DNA of 64,000 nt, taken from Calditrichales bacterium (GTDB taxonomy: Bacteria; Calditrichota; Calditrichia; Calditrichales; J004). The first letter of the stretch is position 1, and each line of letters starts with the position of its first letter. Location: NCBI GenBank assembly GCA_965267575.1, contig OZ254086.1, positions 4,352,001 to 4,416,000 on the forward strand, written 5' to 3'. The notes under the pieces were generated by a model. The model made no database searches and had not been told where the DNA came from. It saw only the letters and a list, made by a program, of their open reading frames with translations. The position numbers and the translations under genes are program-made. This document shows positions 1 to 9,345 of this stretch, one piece after another.

Positions 1-387
1 TTACCGGTTATTATCGTTGAGAGCGAAATCCTGCAGGTGTTTAACAATCTTATGCATAACGCGCAGGATGCGCTGTACAAAGAAAACGGTGTAATTAAGG
101 TGGCTGTTTTCGGCAAGGATAATATGGCATGTTTCAGGGTTGGCGATAATGGGAACGGCATTGAAGCCAATAACCTGACGCGGATATTTGACCCGTTTTT
201 CACGACCAAAGAGACGGGTATGTCCGGAGAGGAGAGTTACGGCAGTCCAAAGGGAACCGGTCTTGGCTTATACTATTGCGCACAGGTGATTGAATCGTAC
301 GGCGGCAAAATATCGGTAGACAGTAAAATCAATCAGGGCACGACGTTTACAATCGCCCTGCCCCTTGAAAGATCCAATTCAAATTAA
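1..387 (+). CDS. Sensor histidine kinase, C-terminal HATPase_c part (5' truncated by the window edge)
   Basis: Frame is open from base 1 (LPVIIVESEILQVFNNLMHNAQDA). N box, DNGNG (G1), FDPFFTTK (F box) and GTGLGL (G2) are present. Confidence 0.9.
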   Translation, partial: LPVIIVESEILQVFNNLMHNAQDALYKENGVIKVAVFGKDNMACFRVGDNGNGIEANNLTRIFDPFFTTKETGMSGEESYGSPKGTGLGLYYCAQVIESYGGKISVDSKINQGTTFTIALPLERSNSN

Positions 388-1433
388 TCATCCCGGCTTT
401 CAAACAGGTAATCGGAATCGATATAAGCGTTGTTCCGGCCATCATGAACGGCATAACGCGCGGGACCAAAAATGGAAGCCGCGCCGTAGTCACCTTTTTT
501 ATTTAAAGCATAAAAGCGGATATTAAAGGCCGGTTTTCCGTCTTCGGCATAGAGCCGGGGCATAAGCTTTGCGTTTTTCATAACCCTTTTCAAACCGGCA
601 CGACACGCCTCTTGCGGCGACATTCCCTGACGCATATACTCCACAATCAAAAAGCAGGTTAGATTTTTAATGTTCTCTTCGCCGCGACCGGTGGAACCGC
701 ATGCCCCCACTTCATTGTCCACATAAAGGCCCGCGCCGATAATGGGACTGTCGCCGACACGGCCGGGGATTTTGTAGGAAAGGCCGCTGGTGGTGGTTAC
801 ACCGGAAATATTGCCCTGCAGATCGAGTCCCAGGCAGGTGATGGTTCCGTAGGTAAACGGCACATCCACTGCCGCCCTGCCCTGCTTATCCGATTCGGCC
901 GGAAACCAGTCGTCATCGGGATCGCGTCTTTCTTTCCACTCCAACCAGATTTTGCGGGCTTTCTCGGTAAGCAAATTTTCTTCATCAAAACCGTGGGCTT
1001 TGGCAAAACGCAGGGCGCCATCACCAACGATCAGGCTATGGTCGGTACGTTCCATCACCAGCCGCGCAACGCGGGACGGATTTTTGATATTGCGCAGGGC
1101 GGCCACGGCTCCGGTATTATGCGTCGGCCCGTGCATGCAGCAACTATCCAGTTCCACGATGCCTTCTTCATTGGGAAGACCGCCAAAGCCGACACTGGTA
1201 TCTTCCGGGTCGTTTTCCACGATGTTTACACCGGCAATTACCGCATCAAGAGCATCTTTGCCGTCGCGGATCATATTCATGGCTTTTTCCGTGGCCGGCA
1301 GCCCATTGTAGCTGGAAACAACAAGCGGCCCGCCGCTGCCGGAAGATTGTGCAAGCAGTTGGTTTTGTGGCAATCCTGCAAAAGCAAAGCCGACGCTCAG
1401 CGCGCCGGTTTTAATAAAATCTCTCCTCTTCAT
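384..1433 (-). CDS. Ntn-hydrolase of the asparaginase-2 family (glycosylasparaginase-like), Tat-exported
   Basis: Tat motif KRRDFIK; SVGFGGLP; GTIT nucleophile; TTTSG; GRVGDSPIIGAG. Confidence 0.88.
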   Translation of the reverse strand: MKRRDFIKTGALSVGFAFAGLPQNQLLAQSSGSGGPLVVSSYNGLPATEKAMNMIRDGKDALDAVIAGVNIVENDPEDTSVGFGGLPNEEGIVELDSCCMHGPTHNTGAVAALRNIKNPSRVARLVMERTDHSLIVGDGALRFAKAHGFDEENLLTEKARKIWLEWKERRDPDDDWFPAESDKQGRAAVDVPFTYGTITCLGLDLQGNISGVTTTSGLSYKIPGRVGDSPIIGAGLYVDNEVGACGSTGRGEENIKNLTCFLIVEYMRQGMSPQEACRAGLKRVMKNAKLMPRLYAEDGKPAFNIRFYALNKKGDYGAASIFGPARYAVHDGRNNAYIDSDYLFESRDD

Positions 1434-1448
1434 GCTTCTCCCAAAAGT

Positions 1449-2933
1449 TTAGCGTGCCGCGTCCGGGTGAAAAGACGATAAGTGTATGGCTATTTTATCC
1501 TGAAGCTTGTTTATGTAAGACGTGGGCACGGAGTAGTGATTCATCATCATTACGAATATATAGTCGTTGCCGGCCAGGTCTTTGGCGTAGCCGGAAAGGC
1601 AACGGACATGATTAACGTATCCGGTTTTTGCGTGAACGCGCCCTTCGGCGGGGCTGTTTTTCATCCTGCGCGATAACGTGCCATCCACTCCGGCAATCGG
1701 CAGGGACTCAAAGAAGACACCAAAATGCCGGCTCGCGTACATATGGCGCAACAATGCAGCCGTAGCAAACGGACTAATCATATTGTGACGCGAAAGACCG
1801 GAACCATCATAGATAATGGCTTGTGCATCACTCACGCCGATAGAGCCCAGCCAGGCTTCAACAACATCGGCACCGGCGCCGGCCGAGCCATCTTTTTTAA
1901 ACTCAGCTCCAAGAGTCTTGAGGGTTTGCTCCGCATAAAAATTGTGGCTGGGCTTGTTGATTACTTTAATGATCTCGCTCAGCGCTGGTGAGTTGTGTGA
2001 GAAGATGTGTTCACGATTGGCCATTTCCGCCATGGTAAGTGGCTTATCCACACTGACGATGTCGCCGGCAATTTCAAGATCATTCAAAGCAAGCGTTGTG
2101 GCCAGATTGTCCAGATACCAAAGCGCGGGGTCTTCTACCGTGATAGATGTGCTGTAGGCATCGGCGGCGGCAGGCATCTTTCCGCTTATCAGGATGACAT
2201 TCTGCCCCCGCTCCCGCGAGATGGACAAAGAAGAAAGCGAATCCGCGTGGGTCGTAACCGCGCTATTCTCAACCAGCACATAGGAAGTTGGTGGATTCAG
2301 CGTCACCCGGACGCTGTCACCCGGTTGCTCTCCTGCTGTAACGCGCAGATCCACGCAATTGTCATTAAAAGAAAGCGCCCCGATTTGCGCCGTGTACCAG
2401 TAAGGTTCGTCGTCCCAGTTCCAGCCAAAACCGAGCGCGTCACCGCTGAAATAGGATTTATCGCCAATAAGGTCGCCGGTCACATACCTGATGCCTGCGG
2501 CAACCAGCGAATCAGCCCATTGTTTGAAACAGGCCAGAACATCACCATCATGAAAGCGTCCGGAAATCGTCGGATCGCCTTTTCCGCGCACGATCAGATC
2601 GCCGTAAAGCGTGTCATTTTTTACTTCTCCGCGGGCATAGAATGCCGTTTCAAAACGAAAGTCCGCTCCAAGCTTATCCAGCGCGCACGCAGAAGTATAC
2701 AGTTTTTGGTTAGAAGCCGGCACGAATAAACGGTATTCGTTTTGTTTATAAATGATGCGTCCGTCGTTTACCCGTTCTATATATAAGCCTATATGAGCAT
2801 TGGCAAGGTTAGGATCGTCCAACAGGTATGATATATCATTGGACAGCTTGTCGTAGGCATCTACGGGTTTAATGGTGGTTTGCCGGGTACACGCCAGAAG
2901 CAGCGCGCATAAAAGCAATGAAAGCAGGCGCAT
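1449..2933 (-). CDS. dacB: D-alanyl-D-alanine carboxypeptidase/endopeptidase (PBP4, peptidase S13), lipoprotein
   Basis: Lipobox LLLAC; SxxK (PASNQK), SxN (PSHN), DGSGLS and KTG motifs. Confidence 0.92.
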   Translation of the reverse strand: MRLLSLLLCALLLACTRQTTIKPVDAYDKLSNDISYLLDDPNLANAHIGLYIERVNDGRIIYKQNEYRLFVPASNQKLYTSACALDKLGADFRFETAFYARGEVKNDTLYGDLIVRGKGDPTISGRFHDGDVLACFKQWADSLVAAGIRYVTGDLIGDKSYFSGDALGFGWNWDDEPYWYTAQIGALSFNDNCVDLRVTAGEQPGDSVRVTLNPPTSYVLVENSAVTTHADSLSSLSISRERGQNVILISGKMPAAADAYSTSITVEDPALWYLDNLATTLALNDLEIAGDIVSVDKPLTMAEMANREHIFSHNSPALSEIIKVINKPSHNFYAEQTLKTLGAEFKKDGSAGAGADVVEAWLGSIGVSDAQAIIYDGSGLSRHNMISPFATAALLRHMYASRHFGVFFESLPIAGVDGTLSRRMKNSPAEGRVHAKTGYVNHVRCLSGYAKDLAGNDYIFVMMMNHYSVPTSYINKLQDKIAIHLSSFHPDAAR

Positions 2934-2965
2934 CGCGTCCCTCCTTCTTACAATCCTTGTACAGC

Positions 2966-2999
2966 AAAAAAAAAGGCGGAAAGGGTCACTTTCCGCCTT
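2966..2999 (-). terminator. Intrinsic terminator after hup
   Basis: Stem GGCGGAAAG/CTTTCCGCC with a 5-nt loop, followed by a 9-T run on the minus strand. Confidence 0.85.
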
Positions 3000-3017
3000 C
3001 GATCATATTTCTGGTGA

Positions 3018-3290
3018 TTAAGCAACAGAATCTTTCAGTCCTTTACCGGCTTTAAAAGTCGGAACCTTGCGAGCCGGAATCTGAATTTCAGCGCCTGTCT
3101 GAGGGTTACGGCCGGTGCGGGCTTCGCGATGCGACACGCCAAAAGTACCGAAGCCAACCAGGCTGACGCTATCGCCTTTTGCGAGTGCGCCTTTTACCCC
3201 ATCCATGAAAGAATTTAAAGCCTGCTCGGCGGCCTTTTTGGAAATATCTGCATCTTCGGCCATTTTTGCTACCAGTTCTTGCTTAGTCAT
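3018..3290 (-). CDS. hup: DNA-binding protein HU
   Basis: MTKQELV...GFGTF...ARTGRNPQTG...PTFKAGK, 90 aa. Confidence 0.97.
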   Translation of the reverse strand: MTKQELVAKMAEDADISKKAAEQALNSFMDGVKGALAKGDSVSLVGFGTFGVSHREARTGRNPQTGAEIQIPARKVPTFKAGKGLKDSVA

Positions 3291-3632
3291 TAAGAGACCT
3301 CCTGTTTGAATGATATAGGTATTGTTTTTCTTAGAAAAGTCGTGAGTTAATGGTCAAATATCTGTACTAACCGTTTGAAAATCAAGAAAAACTTGATTGT
3401 TGTCACAAATGGAAAAACTAAACTTCAAATCTGTCTTTCATAAACCCAATCTTCATTACGTTTGACATTGCCGCAGACAAGAAATACATCTTGTTCCCAA
3501 AAAATCGAATATAACAATTTATGTTGTAAGTAAAACAGAAATTTTCTCTGACATCAAACAAATTTTGAATTTGTATGAGTTAGTTCAATTTGTAAATTAA
3601 CTATCCACACATAAAACCGCGGAGCAGTCCAC

Positions 3633-6008
3633 ATGGTGAAGAAGAAACAGAAACCGGTTTCATCGAGGGTTGAACAAATTGCCCTGGAACAGAGCGGTAT
3701 GAAAATTTTATATCCGCCAACCGAAAAAATCAATACTATAATTGTAGATAATTTCCCCGCACTTGGTAAACTTACGGCCTTGCGCTTTTTGGAATGGGCT
3801 CAGCAAAACGAAGGATGGACCATTTCCCTTCCCACCGGTAAAACGCCGGAACACTTTATTAAGTGGGTGACTTTTCTGCTGGCCAACTGGAATACGGCCA
3901 AAGCAAAAAAAATATTGGAAGAAGGCGGTGTAGACCCCGGTAAAAAGCCCGACATGCGCAGCTTTCATTTTATTCAGATTGATGAATTCTACCCGATTAA
4001 TTCCTTCCAGCATAACAGCTTTTACTATTATGTGAACAAATATTATATCAAGGGACTTGGCCTTGATCCGGAAAAAGCGTTACTGATAAATCCGAATACA
4101 ATCGGCATGCGCCAGGATGAGCACCTTGATGAGGTATGGCCGGACCACCAGGTGGATCTGAGCCTGCGCATACGTTATCCGCGCTCTGTACTGGAAAAGC
4201 GCCAGAAAGAAGTGCTTGAGGCCGTAGACCAGTTTTGCAGCGACTATGAAACGCGCATACGCGCTCTTGGCGGCATCGGCTTTTTCCTGGGCGGCATTGG
4301 CCCGGATGGACACATTGGCTTTAATGTGCGCGGTTCAGACCATTATTCAACAACGCGCTTGACGCCAACCAATTACGAAACCCAGGCAGCCGCAGCTACC
4401 GATCTGGGGGGTATTGAGGTTTCGCGTAACCGCCTGGTGATCACCATAGGACTGCAGACGATAGTTGAAAATCCTAAGTCGACCGCGTTGATCATCGCGG
4501 CCGGAGAAGCCAAGGCGGAGGTGATACGCTCGGCGATCCAGTCTGAATCCACCAACCTGGTGCCGGCTTCCGTGCTGCAAAAGCTGGAAAACAGCTGCTT
4601 CTACATCACCAAGGGCGCCGCCAAGCTGCTTAATGAACGACGCTATCACTATCTCAGCCAGATGGACCAGATTGATATAGACAACCGTCATCAGATTTTA
4701 ACCGACCTGGCGTTGACCAGGGGCAAGCGTTTATCCGATCTTACGCGTGAAGATTTCAATTCCATCCGCTCCAGCAAATTGCTGCTCAGCAAGGAAAAGC
4801 GCAATCATAAGGAGATGATCAAAGAGCTGGAGGAAACCTATATCAGCCGCATTATGACGGCCATGGACATCCCAAAAAGCAAAACCATTCTGCACACTGC
4901 GCCGCATCATGATGATATCATGCTGGGGTATCTGCCCTATCTCGTGCGCCTGATGCGCGAAGGCAGCAACCGTCATTTTTTCAATTACCTGACCAGCGGT
5001 TTTAATGCGGTCACCAACTCTTACATGTTGGAGCAGGTGGGCGAAGCACAGAAATTCCTTATGACGCGTGATTTTCATGAACTGCTTAAGGAAAATTATT
5101 TTGATCCGCAGAACCAGGCTTTCCGCGACAGGGACGTGCTGCAGTACCTCGACGGTATCGCCGCGGCCGATCCTTTTGCCATGACGGAAGGCAATGCCCG
5201 GCGGTTGCTGCGCAATCTTGTGGAGATTTTTGAAGAAGACTCTTTTGAAAACCTGCAGTTCCGCATCGAAGAGTTGATCAATTACTTCACCACGCAGTAT
5301 CCGGGCAAGAAAGACCTGCCCTATATCCAGCAGCTTAAAGGCATGACGCGTGAATGGGAAGCAGACATCCTCTGGGGCTATTTCGGTTTTAGCTGCCAGT
5401 CGGTAATCCATTCCAGGCTGGGCTTTTATAAGGGCGATATTTTTACCGAAGAGCCACAGGTCGACCGTGACGTGCGTCCGGTTTTGAATACGCTAAAGAA
5501 AATCAAACCCGATATCATTTCCGTGGCATTTGATCCTGAAGGCAGTGGCCCGGACACACATTACAAAGTTCTGCAGGCAGTGGCAGAAGCATTAAAGCTT
5601 TACGAACAGGAAAGCGGAAGGTCCGACATAAAGGTGTGGGGTTACCGTAACGTGTGGTACCGTTTCCATCCTTCGGAGGCCGACCTGTTTGTGCCGGTGA
5701 CGCATAATACGCGCGCCATCCTGAATGATGCGTTTATCAATGCTTTTGGTTCTCAGGCCAAGGCTTCGTTCCCCAGCTACGAGTTTGACGGACCGTTCAG
5801 CGGCCTGGCACAGAAGATACAGGTGGAGCAATATCAGAAGATGAAAAGCCTGCTGGGACGTGACTGGTTCTACCAAAACGCGGACTCCCGCATCCGCTCC
5901 ACACGCGGATTCGTTTTCCTGAAAGTGATGGATTTAAAGGAATTCTACGAACGGTCTCTGGAACTGAGGAAGAAGACCGAGAACATCACGGACTGGAGTC
6001 AGAAATAA
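3633..6008 (+). CDS. nagB: Glucosamine-6-phosphate deaminase fused to a PIG-L family deacetylase domain
   Basis: N-terminal LPTGKTP, DEFY and GGIGPDGHIGFN motifs. C-terminal APHHDD and DPEGSGPDTH motifs. Confidence 0.85.
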   Translation: MVKKKQKPVSSRVEQIALEQSGMKILYPPTEKINTIIVDNFPALGKLTALRFLEWAQQNEGWTISLPTGKTPEHFIKWVTFLLANWNTAKAKKILEEGGVDPGKKPDMRSFHFIQIDEFYPINSFQHNSFYYYVNKYYIKGLGLDPEKALLINPNTIGMRQDEHLDEVWPDHQVDLSLRIRYPRSVLEKRQKEVLEAVDQFCSDYETRIRALGGIGFFLGGIGPDGHIGFNVRGSDHYSTTRLTPTNYETQAAAATDLGGIEVSRNRLVITIGLQTIVENPKSTALIIAAGEAKAEVIRSAIQSESTNLVPASVLQKLENSCFYITKGAAKLLNERRYHYLSQMDQIDIDNRHQILTDLALTRGKRLSDLTREDFNSIRSSKLLLSKEKRNHKEMIKELEETYISRIMTAMDIPKSKTILHTAPHHDDIMLGYLPYLVRLMREGSNRHFFNYLTSGFNAVTNSYMLEQVGEAQKFLMTRDFHELLKENYFDPQNQAFRDRDVLQYLDGIAAADPFAMTEGNARRLLRNLVEIFEEDSFENLQFRIEELINYFTTQYPGKKDLPYIQQLKGMTREWEADILWGYFGFSCQSVIHSRLGFYKGDIFTEEPQVDRDVRPVLNTLKKIKPDIISVAFDPEGSGPDTHYKVLQAVAEALKLYEQESGRSDIKVWGYRNVWYRFHPSEADLFVPVTHNTRAILNDAFINAFGSQAKASFPSYEFDGPFSGLAQKIQVEQYQKMKSLLGRDWFYQNADSRIRSTRGFVFLKVMDLKEFYERSLELRKKTENITDWSQK

Positions 6009-6010
6009 CG

Positions 6011-6132
6011 GGGAATTGGCGGATAGTTGGATTACTGAACCTGCCAATTAATAGCGCCTCTGACATGCGGTATTTGGCCGCCTGCTTTTAATGGGCAACA
6101 AGGTCCATCAATTCAATAATTCATCATTCCAT
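6011..6132. repeat. Long imperfect inverted repeat built from degenerate 8-mer tandem arrays, between convergent genes
   Basis: Left arm GGGAATTG GCGGATAG TTGGATTA CTGAACCT GCCAATTAATAGC. The reverse complement of the right arm reads ATGGAATG ATGAATTA TTGAATTG ATGGACCT (TGTT) GCCCATTAAAAGC. Confidence 0.6.
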
Positions 6133-6139
6133 CGCCTGT

Positions 6140-6637
6140 TTATCTGTCTACTTTTAGACTATCCACAACGGGGGCGCTGTCCGGTTCGGCGCCCTTTTCA
6201 TATTTTTCCATAACCGGCCTTACGCCGGCGCCCCACTCATAGACCATCTGCCCGCCAAACAATCCGGCCTGGTAAATAAAAAAAGCGCCAACCACCATTA
6301 AAAGCGTAAGCCCCAAACGTACGACGGCAATCTCTTTCTTCAACACAAAAAGTACAATACGTATCAGCAATACGGCGCCGAAAATGCGCAGAACCCATTC
6401 CCCCGCGTTTTCATGCTGCTCCAGAACAGAATCTATCCCGCTGATGATTTCAGCGGCTTCCCCGGCTTGCTCTCCCGTCTGTACAGCGGCAAATGCGGCG
6501 ATTGTACCTAAAGTCAGCAGGAACAGTGTGACCCGCTTAAAGAACTCTCTTTGCATAAAATAACTCAGGATATCGGTTAAAAGCGCTGTAAGCAGCAAAG
6601 CAATCGCGAAATGAACCACTTGCGGGTGAGTCGGCAT
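6140..6637 (-). CDS. DUF2231-like membrane protein
   Basis: HPxxVHF start, conserved central His (EQHE), GGxMVYxxGAGV end, four hydrophobic segments. Confidence 0.8.
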   Translation of the reverse strand: MPTHPQVVHFAIALLLTALLTDILSYFMQREFFKRVTLFLLTLGTIAAFAAVQTGEQAGEAAEIISGIDSVLEQHENAGEWVLRIFGAVLLIRIVLFVLKKEIAVVRLGLTLLMVVGAFFIYQAGLFGGQMVYEWGAGVRPVMEKYEKGAEPDSAPVVDSLKVDR

Positions 6638-6739
6638 AAGTCCTCCATGATGTTAAGTTGCTAATATAACGAAGCGCTGGCTATATTTCTTCAGTTTATG
6701 GTCGGCTCGCGGGCCGCGCAAACCTGAAAAGAAAGCTTT

Positions 6740-8272
6740 ATGAACCTGAAAAAAATTCTCGCCGGTCTGATTGTTATCATCCTGTTTCCAGCTTTGTTCT
6801 ATACCGCCTACGAATTTTCAACATTATCCGAAAACGAGCAGATGCTCAGCGGTATATATGAACGTCAGATCAGCACCGTGCTCTACTCCGTGAACCAGTA
6901 TGCCTGGGACGTGGTGGAGACCTGGCGCAACCGCATCCGCCGCTCGCCCGCAACAGTACGCGAAACAATATTGCAGCGCGAACAATCGGTGCAGGCGATA
7001 TGGATAGCCGACAGCAGCGCGGAAAACACATTATTATGGATTGACCGTATGGCCGGTGAAAAAAAAGGGCCCTCTTTCTGGGCGGACAGCGTGGACGCGC
7101 GCGCGGAGCTTTTGCGTAATGCCTGGCGCACCGCCGGCGAGGGCTACAGTAAAATCAACACGGTTGCCCGCGGCGATTCGCTGATGCTTTTTTATCCCGA
7201 TCGTATTGAAGGTAATCCGCGTATTGTCGCCATTATCATCAATATCAGTGCTTTCCTGGAAAACACGATGCGGCCCAAAATCGAAGAAACATCGGCGGAT
7301 GGCTTTAACCTGGGCGTCTATAGGTCCGGGGAAGAGAATCCGCGCATTGCCACCGGCGAGGTCCGCGAGCAGAACATCAGGGCGCGGCGCAGACTATGGG
7401 TGCTGCCGGGGTACGAGCTGGTGGTCGCGTTGCAGGGAAACAGCCCGGAGCAAATCGCAGTCGATCGTTTTCAGCGCAGCCTGACGCTTATTGTGATCAT
7501 CGATATTATCCTGATAATTGGTGTTGTCTTTTTATACCGCGGCCTGCGCCGGCAACTGGAACTCACACGGATGAAGAACGAATTTGTCTCCAACGTGTCG
7601 CATGAGCTGCGCACCCCGCTGGCACTGATACGCATGTACGCGGAAACGCTGGAACTGGGCCGTGTAAAGGAAGAACGCAAGCTTGAGTATTTCCGCATCA
7701 TAGGCCGTGAGAGCGAAAGATTGACCTACCTGATCAACAACATTCTCGATTTTGCTAAAATGGAAGCGGGCAAGAAGCGCTACAACATGGAAGCCTGCGA
7801 TCTGAACAACGTCATCCGGGAAACGCTGGAAGCTTACCATTTCCAGCTGGAAAGCAGGCAGTTTAAATTGAATATGCAGCTCTCTGAAGGTTCGCTGACC
7901 CTCAACGCGGATCGCCTGGCGCTGGCCGAAGCTTTCATCAACCTGCTGGACAATGCCATGAAATACAGCGGTGAAGCGCGCGAGATCGGCATCGCCAGCG
8001 GCAGGGATAACGGCAGGGTATGGCTTAGTGTAAGCGACAGGGGAATCGGCATTGCCCCGCGCGAAACAAAACGTATTTTTGAACAATTTTACCGGATTTC
8101 CGAGCAAGGCGCGCATAACACCAAAGGAAGCGGACTGGGTTTAGCGCTGGTTAAATACATCGTGAACGCCCACAACGGTGAGATCTCCGTGGACAGCACG
8201 CCGGGCAAAGGCAGTACCTTCCGCGTAGCACTTCCCGCCGCCAATGACAAGAAAGAGGACAAAGATGCCTAA
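6740..8272 (+). CDS. Membrane sensor histidine kinase (PhoR-like)
   Basis: Two TM segments; H box SHELRTPL; NLLDNAMKYS; DRGIG; GSGLGL. Confidence 0.95.
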   Translation: MNLKKILAGLIVIILFPALFYTAYEFSTLSENEQMLSGIYERQISTVLYSVNQYAWDVVETWRNRIRRSPATVRETILQREQSVQAIWIADSSAENTLLWIDRMAGEKKGPSFWADSVDARAELLRNAWRTAGEGYSKINTVARGDSLMLFYPDRIEGNPRIVAIIINISAFLENTMRPKIEETSADGFNLGVYRSGEENPRIATGEVREQNIRARRRLWVLPGYELVVALQGNSPEQIAVDRFQRSLTLIVIIDIILIIGVVFLYRGLRRQLELTRMKNEFVSNVSHELRTPLALIRMYAETLELGRVKEERKLEYFRIIGRESERLTYLINNILDFAKMEAGKKRYNMEACDLNNVIRETLEAYHFQLESRQFKLNMQLSEGSLTLNADRLALAEAFINLLDNAMKYSGEAREIGIASGRDNGRVWLSVSDRGIGIAPRETKRIFEQFYRISEQGAHNTKGSGLGLALVKYIVNAHNGEISVDSTPGKGSTFRVALPAANDKKEDKDA

Positions 8273-8948
8273 AATTTTGATTGTTGAAGATGAGCCTGAA
8301 ATGCGCAACGGTTTGCGCGACAACCTGGAGTTTGAAGGCTACGACGTAGACGTGGCTGAAACCGGACCGCAAGGTCTGGAGAAGATACGCGACGCTTACG
8401 ATCTTGTCATTCTTGATGTGATGCTGCCGGGCATGTCCGGCTTTGATGTGCTGAAAAAGGCACGCTCCGAAGGTGTGGAGACGGCGGTGCTTATGCTGAC
8501 GGCAAAGGGCGAAGAAATAGATAAGGTGCTGGGCCTGGAGCTTGGCGCCGATGATTACATGACCAAGCCGTTCAGCCTGCGCGAGTTGCTGGCCCGCGTA
8601 AAGGCCCGTTTGCGCCGCGATGTTAAGCCAAAGGCGGAAGAGCTGCCGGCGCGCGTGCAAATCGGCCGCCTGGAAGTGGATTTCCAAACCTACGATGCCT
8701 GGCTGGATGAGAAGAATGTTTCCATGACCCATAAGGAAATCGAAGTGCTGCGTTATCTCTGGCAAAACCGTAACAGCACGGTCACGCGCGATAACCTGCT
8801 AAACGACGTGTGGGGCTACGACGAAATGATCACCACGCGCACAATCGATAATTTTATTTTAAAACTGCGTCAGAAGATAGAGGAAAACCCGGGCCATCCA
8901 AGGATAATTTTAACGGTGCATGGCAGCGGCTACAAGATGGTGATTTGA
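8265..8948 (+). CDS. OmpR-family response regulator
   Basis: KILIVEDE, LDVMLPG, GADDYMTKPF and a winged-helix end (RTIDNFILKLRQKIE). Start moved to ATG 8265, which follows a GAGGA RBS. Confidence 0.95.
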   Translation: MPKILIVEDEPEMRNGLRDNLEFEGYDVDVAETGPQGLEKIRDAYDLVILDVMLPGMSGFDVLKKARSEGVETAVLMLTAKGEEIDKVLGLELGADDYMTKPFSLRELLARVKARLRRDVKPKAEELPARVQIGRLEVDFQTYDAWLDEKNVSMTHKEIEVLRYLWQNRNSTVTRDNLLNDVWGYDEMITTRTIDNFILKLRQKIEENPGHPRIILTVHGSGYKMVI

Positions 8949-8956
8949 GAGACTGG

Positions 8957-9190
8957 TTAGCCGGGGAAGTATTTATCATTCATCTCGTCTCGCGTAAAAC
9001 TGCCGGCAGCTGTCACGTAGAAAAGTTTTTCCATTAACAAGTGATAGTTGGTTTTATCGGCCTTATTATGAGCATAGTTCCTCAACCAGATACGGAACTG
9101 TTCATTAAGTGTCGTATTTTCGTTTTGTGCTCTAAAACGCGCCTTTTGTATTAGTTCGTTATCTGCACTTAGGGTAATATTCTTTTTCAT
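8957..9190 (-). CDS. Small ribbon-helix-helix antitoxin-like protein (orphan)
   Basis: KNITLSADxELIxKAR...TTLNEQFRxWL...FTRDEMN resembles antitoxins found upstream of PIN toxins. AT-rich, GGAGG RBS. Confidence 0.65.
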   Translation of the reverse strand: MKKNITLSADNELIQKARFRAQNENTTLNEQFRIWLRNYAHNKADKTNYHLLMEKLFYVTAAGSFTRDEMNDKYFPG

Positions 9191-9275
9191 ATTTTCCTCC
9201 ATTACACGAAAATAGCGTACACAAATTTATTGTAGATTGTTTCACGATTCAATAAGGCACTAAACCATGCGTACC

Positions 9276-9300
9276 GTGACATCTTTTTACAAACGTGACT
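9276..9300. promoter_or_regulatory. Candidate OmpR-family direct-repeat binding site
   Basis: GTGACA (9276), TTTACA (9286) and GTGACT (9295) at about one helical-turn spacing, upstream of the 9346 gene. Confidence 0.35.
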
Positions 9301-9345
9301 TTTTTCTCTGTGTATGTTTAGCATGTAAATCAGGGAAGAATAGCA

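Noticed and set aside
3291..3632. Possible ncRNA or riboswitch (e.g. glmS-type) in the hup-nagB spacer
   Set aside because: AT-rich divergent promoter region with no recognisable conserved structure by eye. An Rfam scan would be needed.
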